DNA from: Felis catus
Taxonomy: Eukaryota
Length of the DNA: 64,000 nucleotides
Assembly (NCBI RefSeq): GCF_018350175.1
Contig: NC_058368.1
Location: 63,986,001-64,050,000 of the forward strand
Direction: 5' to 3'
The notes under the pieces are model-generated. The model made no database searches. It was not told the DNA's origin and saw only the letters and a program-made list of their open reading frames with translations. The translations under genes and the position numbers were made by a program. Positions 51,545-64,000 of this stretch are shown here, piece by piece (within the stretch, counting starts at the first letter, position 1; each line of letters begins with the position of its first letter).

Positions 51545-52197
51545 CTGTGGGATTGTGGGTGATTGTCTCCCATGCTCAGATGCTTGGTTTCAGGCCATGG
51601 TGTTTGGCAGAAATCAGTGGTTTTTCAACATTGGAAAGTGCCCACAACTGGCACAAGGGTGTTTTTTTGTCACTTCAAAGCACCTGTGGAAAGTCCTTTG
51701 CTTTTCCATACGAGAGTAAGCTTAGAAATGCTTTGCTTCATTCTAGGTCAGGCTGCCTGCAGGTAGAGACCCTTTCCTTTGGTGCTTTATTGCCAGAAAT
51801 CCTCAAAAAAAGGCAAAAGCAAGTGTCATTCGATAGGTTCCTTGTTAAAGTTGCACAAAAAGAAGAAGATTCCATTGAACCAATAGATAGCAGTGATTCC
51901 GTTAGCAATAATGAAAGTGGTCCTAGACAATAACCCACCTCTCTCTTCCTCACACCAGCTACGAAGATTTTCAAAGGTAAGTGCAGGTTAATTTGTTTAT
52001 TTTTCTTTATATTTTCTTTATTACTTTGTATTATATTACAGTATTGTAATCATTTTTATGTGAATATTTTGGAGTTGTGGAATGAATTATCTACGTTTCC
52101 ATGATTTCTTATGGGGAAATTCGCTTTGATATACAAGTGCTTTGGGTTATAAGCATGTTTCTGGAACAAATTATGCTCACAAACCAAGGCTTTGCTG
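51351..52197 (+). mobile_element. Internally deleted Tigger-like DNA transposon with transposase C-terminal remnant
   Basis: TA flanks; right TIR ...aaaccaaggctttgctg; peptide EILKKRQKQVSFDRFLVK resembles the pogo/Tigger transposase C-terminus. Confidence 0.7.
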
Positions 52198-52682
52198 TAT
52201 TTCAGATTGTTCTGAAAAAACTGCTCTGAAGCTTGTTAGTTTACAGAGGATTGTATGCAGAAAGGGGGAGGGGTATATATAAGTGTTGTAAGCAGTGCAC
52301 AAAGCTGCAGTTGTGTGTCACCAGGTATAACTTGTTTGGTTTTAAGAATTAAGGTTTAATGATTTCCACATAAACACATGAAAGACCAACCCTAGGTCAT
52401 CTCTATACATTATGTTTCTATCATATCTCATTGTTCAAAAACATTGCCTGAATGCCTTTGCTTAACTGGCCTTCTGGTTCTTCTTGTTTTGGGGTTTCTC
52501 CTTGAAGTTACTTGAGAAGGTCACAGAAGGCTGGCATCAGTCACCTGTTTTAATGCAGCACCGTTTCAGTGCACACTTAATATCACAGCCGCCCTGAATA
52601 TTAGAACACAGCACTGATATTCTAAACATAAGGTAATTGAAGCTCAGGGAGAGTTAATGAGTGACCAAATCCACATTGTGAA

Positions 52683-53650
52683 TGTTGGGAGGAAAAATGT
52701 TCCTCTCCCCTTTAAGTTCTTTTGTCTGGTTACAGAATTAAACAGAGACAGATTGACAGAAGAGAATCAAACAAAAGTTTAACAATATGTATACCTTCTT
52801 TATATATGGGAGAGACCCAGGAAAATTGAGTAACTCCCCCAAATGGCAGAAGCCATCACCTTAAATACCATCTTCAGCTAAACATAAAAGATGTTGGGGG
52901 TGGGAAGTCAGGTGGGAGGTTACCAAGAAACATACAGTAAAGGTTGTTACACAGATTTAAGTCTGTGCTTTCTTCATTGCTAAAAGTTTTACAGATTGAA
53001 TCACCTGCCTCTTTTTTTTTTTTTTTTCAACGTTTATTTATTTTTGGGACAGAGAGAGACAGAGCATGAACGGGGGAGGGGCAGAGAGAGAGAGGGAGAC
53101 ACAGAATCCGAAACAGGCTCCAGGCTCTGAGCCATCAGCCCAGAGCCCGACGCGGGGCTCGAACTCACGGACCACGAGATCGCGACCTGGCTGAAGTCGG
53201 ACGCTTAACCGACTGCGCCACCCAGGCGCCCCACCTGCCTCTTCTTAATACAAAGGAGATTACACTTAGAATTTTCCCTTATACATGCAAATGTCTCTTA
53301 CAAAAGGGTAGCTTCTACTTGATTTTCAATTTTTCTCTTGTGTTTGCAGTTTCTTAAGAATGAACGGCTTAAGGGGTGCCTGGGTGGCTCAGTCAGTTGA
53401 GTGTCCAACTCTTGATATCAGCTCAGGTCACGATCCCAGGATTGTGGGATCGAGCCCCAAGTCAGGCTCTGCCAGGAGCATGGAACCTGCTTAACATTCT
53501 CTCTCTCTCCCTCCACCCTTCTCCCCCATTCCTGTGCTCTCATTTTCTCTCTCTCTCTAATTAAAAAAAAAAAAAAAAGAATAACCAGCTTAAAATTATC
53601 AATATGCCAAAGAGGCGTATTTTGGGGTGGCAAAATTTGCTCCTGTATAT
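52683..53650. mobile_element. Solo LTR-like element containing two SINEs (53013..53232 minus, young, TSD CACCTGCCTCTT; 53373..53578 plus)
   Basis: TG start, similarity to the block at 36339; SINE TSDs visible. Confidence 0.65.
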
Positions 53651-54204
53651 GAGAGAAAGGCCAACATAGGACTTAGGTTCAATCTTTGTAATGAAGTCTA
53701 AAATTTTCCTATACAATTATATTGTCTCATATGAAGATAGAGATTTATCTTTTGGGTTGATTGCACAAACTTACTTTGTGTTTTTCTTGTGGCATATGTG
53801 ATCACACAGAACTCATCATGATTAAATGATTATTAAACCTATTACTGATCATTTATTCTCTCCTTTCTAATATACATACTTATTTGTTTTTTTTCATGTT
53901 ATGGTGTTGGCTAGACCTAAATAATAATAAAAGTGCCTGTTAGTTTAAGATAGTTATTTTAATCAGGGTAAGGAAATATCCTTTAACTATTTTTAATTAA
54001 ATTAGTCATGTGTATTATACTTACTAAGTAAATGTGCAATATAAAGTAAATGAAGAGGTTTATTGTTATGTTGTGTTACATGAATAGGCATTTCTTAGTA
54101 TTAAACCATGTTTGTATGCCTGAATTTGAATCCCAAATTATTGGCGTGGGTGATTTGTTAGTAGGGTACAGTTCAGTTTGTTGTCATTTTAGTTAGGAAT
54201 ATTT

Positions 54205-54420
54205 AAAAAAATTTTTAATGTTTATTTATTTTTGAGAGACAGAGACACTGAGTGTGAGTTGGGGAGATGGAGAGAGAGAGGGAGACACAGAATCTGAAGC
54301 AGGCTCCAGGCTCTGAGTTATCAGCACACAGCCCGATGTGGGGCTCAAACTCACAAACCACAAAATCATGACCTGAGCCAAAGGTCAAAGGCTTAACCGA
54401 CTGAGCCACCCAGGCACCCC
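54205..54420 (-). mobile_element. CAN-SINE
   Basis: TSD TAGTTAGGRATATTT. Confidence 0.92.
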
Positions 54421-54599
54421 TAGTTAGGGATATTTTAACTGTGTTCATGGGAGATACTGTTTAAATATTTCATTCTAACTTTTTCAAGAGTTAGTGTCAG
54501 AGTTATATTTGCTTTGTATAATTACTGGAATAGAAGCTACTTGTTTTTCTATGCTTTTATATATATTTTATTGCTTCAACTCAGATTTTAATTTTAATT

Positions 54600-54814
54600 T
54601 AACTTTATTTTTAAAATGTATTTATTTTGAGAGAGACAGAGACAGCTCAAGTGAGGGAGGGAAGCAGAGAGAGGGAGACAGAGAATCTCAAGCAGGCTCC
54701 ACACTGTCAGCAAGGAGTCCAGTGTGGGACTTGAACTCACCAAACAGTGAGATCATAACCTGAGCCGAAACCAAGAGTCAGACACTTAACCAACTGAGCC
54801 ACCCAGGTGCCTCC
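54600..54814 (-). mobile_element. CAN-SINE
   Basis: TSD CAACTCWGATTTT. Confidence 0.9.
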
Positions 54815-55532
54815 AACTCTGATTTTTAAAAAACATTCTAATAAAACTGTTTGGTTATTGAAGCTTTAATAGAAATTTCATTTTCAATAATACTTTTGAG
54901 TTTCTTGCAAAGATTTGGTATGTTTACCAGATTTACCATTTTTAAGTTAATACAAGATTCATTTACCCAGTTCATCTAAATGAAACATGTAATCCATTTT
55001 CTAGAGTCATATTCTCTGTATTTAAAATGATTTCTTCATTTCCTATATTTATTGTTCCACTTCAAATTTTAAATTTTTAATTTTTTTATTATAATCTTGT
55101 ATTTTTTTGTATATTTTGTCATATTTTTGTGTATTATGGGATTCTTGTTAAAGGATGAATTCATATCTTTATCAGTTCTACTTGTTAAATTCATAATTCA
55201 TTGCGTTTTATTTAATATTTAATTTAATATACCCTAAATTGACTTATATATGTTTTGTTTTACCATTAAAAATTTTTGAGTTAAATACTAAATTATTTAA
55301 AATTTTTAAACATAAATGAGAATATTTATAGCTATGCATTTTGAATTAAATGTGGGATTATCTCTATAGTAATTGGCTGGGTTTCTTTGTGGTAAAAAAG
55401 GACTAATCTCAAGGTGTCTATTTTTAAATATTATAAGAACAGGATTGGTGGTGGTTGTCTTGTTTCAGCTTTCCCTTAATTTTTAGTTTTTTTGAGTTCT
55501 CTGCAGATAATGTAAATCACATAATTTGCACT

Positions 55533-55742
55533 TTAAAAAATTTTTTTAACATTTATTTATTTTTGAGAGAGACAGAGCATGAGTGGGGGAGGGGCAGAGA
55601 GAGGGAGACACAGAATCTGGAGCAGGCTCCAGCCTCTGAGCTGTCAGCACAGAGCCTGACGCTGGGCTCGAACTTACAAATCGTGAGATCATGACCTGAG
55701 CTGAAATAGGATGCTTAACCAACTGAGCCACCCAGGTGCCCG
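55533..55742 (-). mobile_element. CAN-SINE
   Basis: TSD ACATAATTT. Confidence 0.9.
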
Positions 55743-56705
55743 ACATAATTTTTACTTTTAAAAACATATTGTAACTTTTTTGGTAGTCCTAGATATAATC
55801 CATTTTTCGTTTTCAAAGGAGACATGAAAGAAAAATACTTTTGTGGTCCACAGATTATAATATGCATGTGTTAAAAATGTACATTATAGTGACAAAATTA
55901 TATCCTTTAAACTTTTTATGTAATCAATCATAACTGAGAGCCATACTAATTCTACCATCATTAAATCTCTTCTAAATATAGTTTTATCTTTAATTATGTA
56001 TTCATTGTTGTGAATATATTTTGCTTTGTAAAGGTTTGCTATGTAACTTATTGAATAAAGATTATTGTTGCTATATATTCATTGACTATTTTGCCTTTTA
56101 CCATTAAGTTGCTCTCTTATTTTCCATGTAAAACCTTTCCCCTTAAATTCCACTTTGTCTGAAGTCAATGTTGCTACTCAAAAACTTTTGATTTTTATAT
56201 TCCATAGTAATCTCTATATTAATCTAGGTATTCTAGATTGTTAAACTTCCAGGAATGATTTTTACACTTCCTGGAAATAGAATAGAGTTTTATTCATTCA
56301 TTTATTTTTATAAATTCAACCTGAGAATCTGTTTTCAATAGTAAGTGATATAATTTATCTCAGTTTACCATACCTGATTATTTGGATTTACTTCAGTGAA
56401 CTCATTTATCCTTTGTAAACAGCATTCTGTGTGTGTTTCCTCCTGCATGGAATGTGTTTTTTACTTTGTATTTTTTTAATGTTAAAAACTTACATATGTA
56501 AACTTTATTACCATTTCATATTAGTCATTCAGCATTCAACATATTTATAGAATAATAACTATTTATAGGTAGGTTTTTATGTATCTGTGAATAAAACATA
56601 CAGAAATCTCTCTGTAATAGAGGTTATCACAAAATAGGATAATTCCTTGATTTGTTTTAAAATGTTACATACCAAGCAAAAAATAAATCAAGAAAAGAGG
56701 ATAGA

Positions 56706-56921
56706 GGGGCGCCTGGGTGGCTCAGTCCGTTGAGCATATGACTTTGGCTCAGGTCTTGATCTCATGGTTTATGAATTCAGGCCCCACATCAGGCTCTCTG
56801 CTGACATCTTGGAGCCTGGAGCATGCTTTGGATTCTCTCTCTGCCCCTCTCCTGCTCATGATCTGTCTCTCTCTATCTCAAAAGTAAATAAATGTTAAAA
56901 AATTTTTAAAAACAAATGAAA
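56706..56921 (+). mobile_element. CAN-SINE
   Basis: TSD AAGAAAAGAGGATA. Confidence 0.92.
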
Positions 56922-56959
56922 AAGAAAAGAGGATAACTGATGCCTGTAGAGATAGGGTG

Positions 56960-57500
56960 GTATTATAGTTACTATTGCTGCTTAAGAAACTATCCCCACA
57001 ATTTAATAACTTAAAAGAACAAACATTTTATTATATTTCGTGGATACTATAGGTCAGGAATATTCCAGCAGGGTTCACCTGGATGATTCTTCTGCTTTTG
57101 TGTGATTAAAGTGACTCAGTACTACTCTACTGTCAAATAAGTCAGTCTGGAGGGTCCAAGGGGCTTTTTCCTATGTCTTATAAATCAGTGAGGGTGGCTA
57201 GAAGGATGGGGTCAGTTGGGAGGCACTCTTCATTGGAGAGCCTACACATGACTTTGCCACCCTGGAGGTATCAGGGTAGTTGAACTTCTTATATGGTAAC
57301 TGGGTTCCCATGGATTGAGAATTCTGAGGGAACCAGGGAGAAGTTTTGTGGGTTTTTACTGTCTAGCCTTAGAAGTCACACAAAATTATTTGCCGTAATC
57401 TATTGGTTGTAGCAGTCACAAGCATGCTCCGGTTCAAGGTAAGGGGACACAGACCCATCACTTGGTGTCAACCTATTTTGAGGCCATTTTTAAAACTGCC
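56960..57500. mobile_element. MLT1-type MaLR LTR
   Basis: tattgctgc...aactatccccacaatttaataacttaaaa end motif. Confidence 0.7.
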
Positions 57501-57509
57501 AGACATGGA

Positions 57510-58030
57510 GATTGTATATCAGGTGCAAGGCATTTAAGGAGAGACTTGAAAGAGATGAGGAGGGATCATGCGTTTCTGAGGAAGGAGCATTTTGAGGAGA
57601 AGGTAGCTTGTACGAAGACCCTGAATCGGAAGCATGTGGACTTGGCTGAGAGTACCATCTTTGAAACCAGTGTGGTTGGAGCCTAATGAGGGAAGAGTAT
57701 CAGTAGCTGATAGAAAAATAAAGGAGATGAGGCAGATTATGGAGAAAGGGTCTCGTAGACCATTGTAAAGACTGTCTTTTCTTATAACTGAGATGGCCTC
57801 CATTGAAAGGTTTTAAGCAGAGGAGTAACATGATATGAATTATGTTTAATAATATCTTTCTGGCCTTGTGTTAGGAATAGCTGAAGGGGGTTCATGGCAG
57901 AAGCTGGGAGACTGGTTAAGAGTTTTTTTGTAATCATCAGATGAGGGAATAGGCATGGACCAGACTACAGTGATCAGGTTGGAAGAGGTTATCTGTGGTG
58001 TGAGTCTGGACACTGTGATTGGAGCCTAAA
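57510..58030. mobile_element. L2 fragment
   Basis: ttgaaaggttttaagcagaggagtaacatgat and similar L2 motifs. Confidence 0.65.
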
Positions 58031-58239
58031 AGAATTTTTAGTGGTATCTCTTGAGCTCACAGTGTTAGATGAGGGGTATAGAAAGCTTTTCCTTCTCTTT
58101 GACCCTAAAATTCTTAATATCTACTATTGGAATGTGAAATATAATTGCATTTATAAAATATTTTATGTTCTCTTCCAGTTTTACTTTAAGAATATTATGG
58201 TGGCAAACAATTATATGTAAAATTAACTTTAAATATATA

Positions 58240-58438
58240 TTTTAAGTTTATTTTATTTATTTTGAGAGAGAGAGGGTGAGCAGGGGAGGAGCAGAGAGAG
58301 ATGAAGAGAGAGAATCCCAAGCAGGCTACACACTGACTTTGCAGAGCCTGATTCAGCGCTTGATCCCATGTACCATGAGATCATGACTTGAGCCAACATC
58401 AATAGTCAGATTTAATGGACTGAGCCACCAAGACACCC
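58240..58438 (-). mobile_element. CAN-SINE (older)
   Basis: SINE body and tail. Confidence 0.85.
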
Positions 58439-58799
58439 TAGATTTATAATTAATTGAGTCAATTGTCTCAGGATTTTGGGTGTACAATTTCCTGGCTCTT
58501 AAAACTTTAATTTTTATTGTTTTTCCCCAGTATATACCCATATGCCCTTGAGTAATTATTAGAAAGATAAATCAGTAGAATATGTATAGAATATCTCTCA
58601 GTCAGCCTGGAGAAAGACAACCTAATAGGTATATTCTTGGTAGTCTTATCCTCTTAAAAGTGCCATGTCTTTGAATATGTTAATGCAGCAAAAGAAAGGT
58701 CCAAAGCAAGCCTGACTCTTTGCTGCTGTTGTTGTTGCTGTTGTTGTTTGTCGCTGTGGCTAATGTTGTTTTCTGTCTATATATAAGATGGACATTTTT

Positions 58800-59012
58800 T
58801 AAATTTTTATGTATTTTTAAAATTTTTTTAATGTTTATTTATTTTTGAGAGCCAGAGAGAGGCAGAGAGAGAAGAGAAAGACAGAATCTGAAGAGGCTCC
58901 AGGCTCTGAGCTGTCAGCACAGAGCCCGATGTGGGGCTCGAACTCACAAACTGTGAGATCGTGACCTGAGCCAAAGTCAGACGCTTAACTGACTGAGCCA
59001 CCCAGGCGCCCC
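58800..59012 (-). mobile_element. CAN-SINE
   Basis: TSD TGGACATTTTT. Confidence 0.92.
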
Positions 59013-59615
59013 TGGACATTTTTTTTTTTTTAATTTCTGGAGTTTGGCTAGTTTCTATCTAAATATGGGTCACACTTCATTGTTTTCCTACCACTGCCTC
59101 TACTAACTGATTAGTCATTTTAGTCTTCATGTTTCAGCTATAGTTTTGATTATTGTTTCAGAATGAGTTGGTCTTGTTTCTCAGGTACACAAATTGTTTT
59201 TGAGTTGAAACTACAGTCTCTGGCATTCCCATCTACCATTTCTCTGTCATTGTTTTATCTTTCTCTTTTTCCCCCGGGGCTGTGATTCAATTACCACTTG
59301 AACTTTTCACTGTATCAGTTTTCTTGCCCATGTATTTCTTTGTGGTTGGAAATTCTGCTACTGCATGTTAGTTTTCCTATAAACCTCCTAATCTCAGGCA
59401 TCTCCCATTTTGCCATTTTGTCATTTTAACTTTGTTCTATTTCATAAATGACTTGCCTTTCTACACATTCTTCGTAGTTTAAGTACTTCAAAGCAATTTT
59501 CTAAATATTCCTTCTGGTTCCACAGTTAAATCTTTTTAAGGGATATTCCTTTTCCCGAGTCTTTATTATGAGAACATGATGTTCCCTTTCCCTTTTCTAC
59601 AGCATGATTTTTAAT

Positions 59616-59649
<34 letters not shown>

Positions 59650-60044
59650 CGCTTTCTGTTTTATTTTCCCCACTCTCTTTATCTAGAAGGTAGTGATGTT
59701 TATCCAAAATCAGGGTCTAACATCAAAAAATAATAACCATTTTTCCATTAATTTGTCTACCTTTGAGATGAGCTACTTTTTGATGTAAACTGGAGAGCAG
59801 GTTGATAGACATAACTCCTCCCAGTGGCCAGCAAGCATTTATTGGAACAGCTCAACTAGGCTAAGTTGAAACCTGTTTAATCTGTCTGCTTCAAGGTACC
59901 AAGCATGTTATCGTACTTAGCATGGACATATAGTGGGGACTGGGGTACTCATATAAGAATGAGTACTTATCACAGGTTATACATGTTACTGCTTTCTGAT
60001 GAGGAATTCTAAAGGAGGGCTGTATTTATTTGGATATTAATTTT

Positions 60045-60649
60045 TTATTTCAGTTTTTTATATAAATCCTTGTTAGTTAACATTCAGTGCAATATTGGTT
60101 TCAGGAGTAGAATTCAGTGACTCATCACTTATATTCAACAGCCAGAACTCATTACAACAAGTGCCCATCACCCATCCAGCCCATTCCCTATCCACCTCCC
60201 TCCATCAACTCTCAGTTTGTTCTCTTTCATTAAGAGTCTCTTAGGTTTGCTTCCCTCTCTTTTTTTTTCCCCTTCTCCTATGTTCATCTGTTTAGTTTCT
60301 TGAATTCCACATATGAGTGAAATCATATGCTATTTGTCTTTCTCTGACTGGCTTATTTCACTTAGCATAATACACTCAAGTTCCATCCATGTTGTTGCAA
60401 ATGGCACAATTTCATTCTTTTTGATGGCTGAGTAATATTCCATTATATATATTATATATATTTACATATATCACATTTTATATGTATATACACATTATAT
60501 ATATGTATATATAACATCTGTGTATATATATCATGTATCCATACATATACACATATATAACATATTTATATATTCCGTTATATATTATATGTATACACCA
60601 CACTATATATATACGTGTGTGTGTGTATATATGTGTATATGTATATACA

Positions 60650-60685
<36 letters not shown>

Positions 60686-61235
60686 AATTATATATACACC
60701 ATCTCTTTTTATCCATTCATCAGTTGATGTACATTTGTCTCTCTCCTAATTTACATATTGTTGATAATGCTGCTACAACAGTCAGGGTGCATGTACCCCT
60801 TTGAATCTGTATTTTTGTATCCTTTGGGTAAATACCTAGTAGTACAGTTGCTAGATCATAGGGTCGTTCTGTTTTTAACCTTGTGAGGAACTTTCATAAT
60901 GTTCTCCAGGATAGCTGCACCAGTTTGCATTCCCATCAACAGTGTAAGAGGGTTCCCCTTTCTCCATACACTAGTCAACACCTGTTGTTTCTTGTGTTAA
61001 TGTTAGCCATTCTGACAGGTGTGGGGTGGTATCTCATCATGGTTTTGATTTGTATTTCCCTGATGATGATTGATATTGAGCATTTTTCATGTGTCTATTA
61101 GCCATCTGGATGTCTTCTTCGGAAAACTGTTTATCCATGTCTTTTGCCCATTTCTTAGCTGGATTATTTGGTTTTGGGGTGTTGGGTTTGATAAGTTCTT
61201 TATAGATTTTGGATACTAACCCTTTATCAGAATGG
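60045..61235 (-). mobile_element. 5'-truncated carnivore L1 with internal TA/CA microsatellite (60440..60700)
   Basis: Reverse ORF2 end and 3'UTR; ATTAATTTT on both sides. Confidence 0.88.
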
Positions 61236-62377
61236 GCATTAATTTTAAATAGCCTATTGGTATAGTGCAGGCCACTTGTTTATCAGTAGTTCCCTGTTTT
61301 GCTTTATAATCTCTCTCCATTTTCCCCTAAACTTCATTCAAATTCCATTGTACTAATAAATAGCACTTTGTAACATGTGGAAGAGAAGGGAAAAGAAAAA
61401 GAGGCTGATTTCATGTTAGGGTAGTGGGGGAAGCAGCAGAGGGAAAGAAGGATTCTGGGAAACTTATGTGATTAAGCTCTCATCACTCAGGTAATGATTT
61501 GCTTCTAGCACCTGTGTCATACTGCCTCCCCCCCAACAAGGCTTTCTTGAGGGAACAAGGCCCAGCAGGCCCCTAATGCATCATGTTCTTTTATTATAGC
61601 TACTGTCTCCTAAGGAGGCTTCACATTATGAATTATGTGGGAGTGGCTAGTCTCTGGCCCCTCAAGAAACAGGACTGGGACAATAGAGGAACATTCTCTG
61701 GGATGCTGCAAGAGTGACTCAGAGACTAGGCTATGGAGAGCCAACTACCATCTTATATGGTTTTTATAAGGAGGAAATTCTTCTGTCTTATGAAATAAAA
61801 TATGGATAGGATGACTTAATTGTTCTTATAATCCATATATTATCAGTTTTAACGTTTGGTGTTGTTCATGTTGTTTGTTCTGTTTTCCTAATTTCTTTCT
61901 GTTTCTTTACTAATGGGGTCTTGGGTCGGACTCCATTATAGACTATCAGAAGCTATTTAAAGCTTGATCAAATCAGCATTAAAATGAACTTCATATTCCT
62001 AGAATTTGTTACCAAATTCAGGAATGTTTAGAAATGACTCATCACTTTTATAAGGAACAATTCTGGGAAAGATAAACTACTGCCTGAAAATGATTTTTTA
62101 GTTTACTTTTGTATCTGTCCTACATTCACTCTGATACAGATATGAGCTCTCATATTACAAACATGTTGCCAAGCCCTGGAACTAGAGGATGATTAGGACA
62201 GACATGCTAGTTGACCTTAAGAATTTACAGTCTAGAAGGGAGTTACAGACATTAAACACATCCTTGTGAATTAATTACTTAATTACAGTGATGATACATG
62301 CATCCCAGAAAACGAGGTATTAGCAAGCAATAGCTGAAGTGAGAGCAAATAACACAGGAGATACCCAAGTTGGTGGT

Positions 62378-62760
62378 TGTATTAGTTTCCTGTGGCTGCT
62401 GTAACAGATTACCACTGAGAAACTTAAAACCACAAAAATGTATTCTCTAATAGTTCAGAAGTCTGAAATTCATATCACTGGGCCAAAATCAAATTATTGG
62501 CCAGACCAAACTCCCTCTAATGGCTCTAGGGAGAATCCATCCCTTGCCTCTTCCAACTTCTAGAGTTTCTAGGCTTGTGGCTGTGTCACTGTGACCCCTG
62601 ACTTGTGATCCCACTGTCATCTTCTCTTCCTTCCTTTAGAAAGAAATCTCCCTCTGTCTGCCATTTAAGGAGATATAGGTGATTGCATTTGGGGCTCACC
62701 CAGATAATTCAGGGTAATCTCAAAATCCTTAAATGAATCATTACTGCAAAAATCTTTTTG
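62378..62760. mobile_element. MLT1-type MaLR LTR
   Basis: tgtattagtttcctgtggctgctgtaacagattaccac end motif. Confidence 0.75.
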
Positions 62761-64000
62761 ATGTTTAGTGCAGCTGACTGAGGAAAGGGTCTAAAGGTAC
62801 AGAACTTTCCAGGCAGGGAGGATGGAGTGTGTAAACCCTGAGAGATGTGGCAGAAATCATTTAAGTGACTGAGAAAAGATAAGAAGAAGGGAAGTAAAGA
62901 GAGTGAGGGAGAGATTGGCCACATTTTCCCAAAGGTGTGGAATCTCTAAGTCATCTGGGCCAGAAATACCCAGATGGGCTATCAGAAATGTCCTGTATTC
63001 TGTGTATGCATATTTTTCATATAGTGAGTCAGCCAAATTTGTTTCTGGGGTATATACAGTTGTTGGGGATCTAAAAGTCCCTGGGCATGTATAGTTCTGT
63101 CTGTGGAACTAAGTCCAGCTGTTTTCTGCACAGCACAACTGAGTTTGCCAAAAAATAGCTGGAGGAGAAATTTTCTCATATATGCAAGTGGACACATTAA
63201 ATTCTGTTATGCAAGTGGACTGTTTTCTCAGGACTGTGTGATAACAGAAAGTTGGCTATGGTCTAGTTAAGATGAAGTATGGACAAAAAGCTTAGTTATT
63301 TCCCCACCTTCACCTCCTCCTTGCTCTTCATAATAACTATGATTTGAAACCTATCGATTTGTATTTTGAGATTCAACAGACCACAAAATAGAATTGTTGG
63401 ACAGAACTTCAAGTTGGCATCAGAGACAAGATTGAAACTGGAGATTAAAACTGACGTGTTAAGCTCCAATTCTAATTGCTTTCTAAATACTAATTATTGC
63501 TGGGTTATTTTTGTTAAGAACGGCTATTTACAAATCTTCAAAACTTGAAATCTCTTCCATGGGCCCAGAACTCCAAGTTCTTGCTATTGAAAATACAAAT
63601 AAAGTATATATAAACATTTTTATCCATTTAGTTCTTGTGATTATGCCTGGCTTTTATTAATTCCTAACTAATTTGTGCGATTATGCCTAAGATAAGAGCA
63701 GACGAAAAGTGTTCATAATAAGAGCTACAAAATGCAGACTTTTTGACCTCCTTGACAGGCTCCCATCCCTATCCAAAAATATACGAACCATCCAATACAT
63801 TCAAGACCATCAAAACATCAAGACCATCCAATTCATAGAACATTGATGATGGGCCTGTTTTAAACTTTGGAAATTGAATCTACCAAATAATTTCCTCTTC
63901 AAAGCAACAAGCTACATGTTTTGAAAAGTGATGGAAGAGAAAAGAAAATGATCCCATTAAATGTAGAATGTTTAAATCTATTAGAAAACATTTAACTGTC

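Noticed and set aside
1190..59019. Recurrent WVAQSVKRLT...GSVLTAQSLEP ORFs and tRNA-like A/B boxes
   Set aside because: CAN-SINE bodies; neither genes nor true tRNAs.

Overview
AT-rich, repeat-dense mammalian DNA, almost certainly felid (domestic cat or a close relative), judged by the CAN-SINE/SINEC_Fc elements and an ERV-DC-type provirus. No host protein-coding exon could be recognised with confidence. The dominant feature is a full-length 8864-bp gammaretroviral provirus on the minus strand (40454..49317). It has two 550-bp LTRs in which I found no mismatch, a 4-bp GTAA target-site duplication, a perfect tRNA-Gly PBS, a PPT, intact GACG-tetraloop packaging hairpins and a fully intact 662-aa env. 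Its gag-pol carries four lesions: Gag W96 stop, a -1 frameshift before CA, a +1 frameshift just after the gag amber codon, and RT YVDD->YVDN. It looks like a very young, replication-defective but packageable env-carrying provirus. Outside it, the most unusual items are a poly(A)-tailed, apparently antisense retrocopy containing a GAPDHS-like exon plus intron-like sequence, stacked with a 5'-inverted L1 at one target site (14121..15815); a tailless 33-nt U2 snRNA retrocopy with a 14-bp TSD; and a Tigger-type DNA transposon nested inside an LTR. The rest is SINEs, L1/L2/MIR/MaLR/LTR fragments and microsatellites. Boundaries of old repeats are approximate, and family names come from recall rather than a database search.
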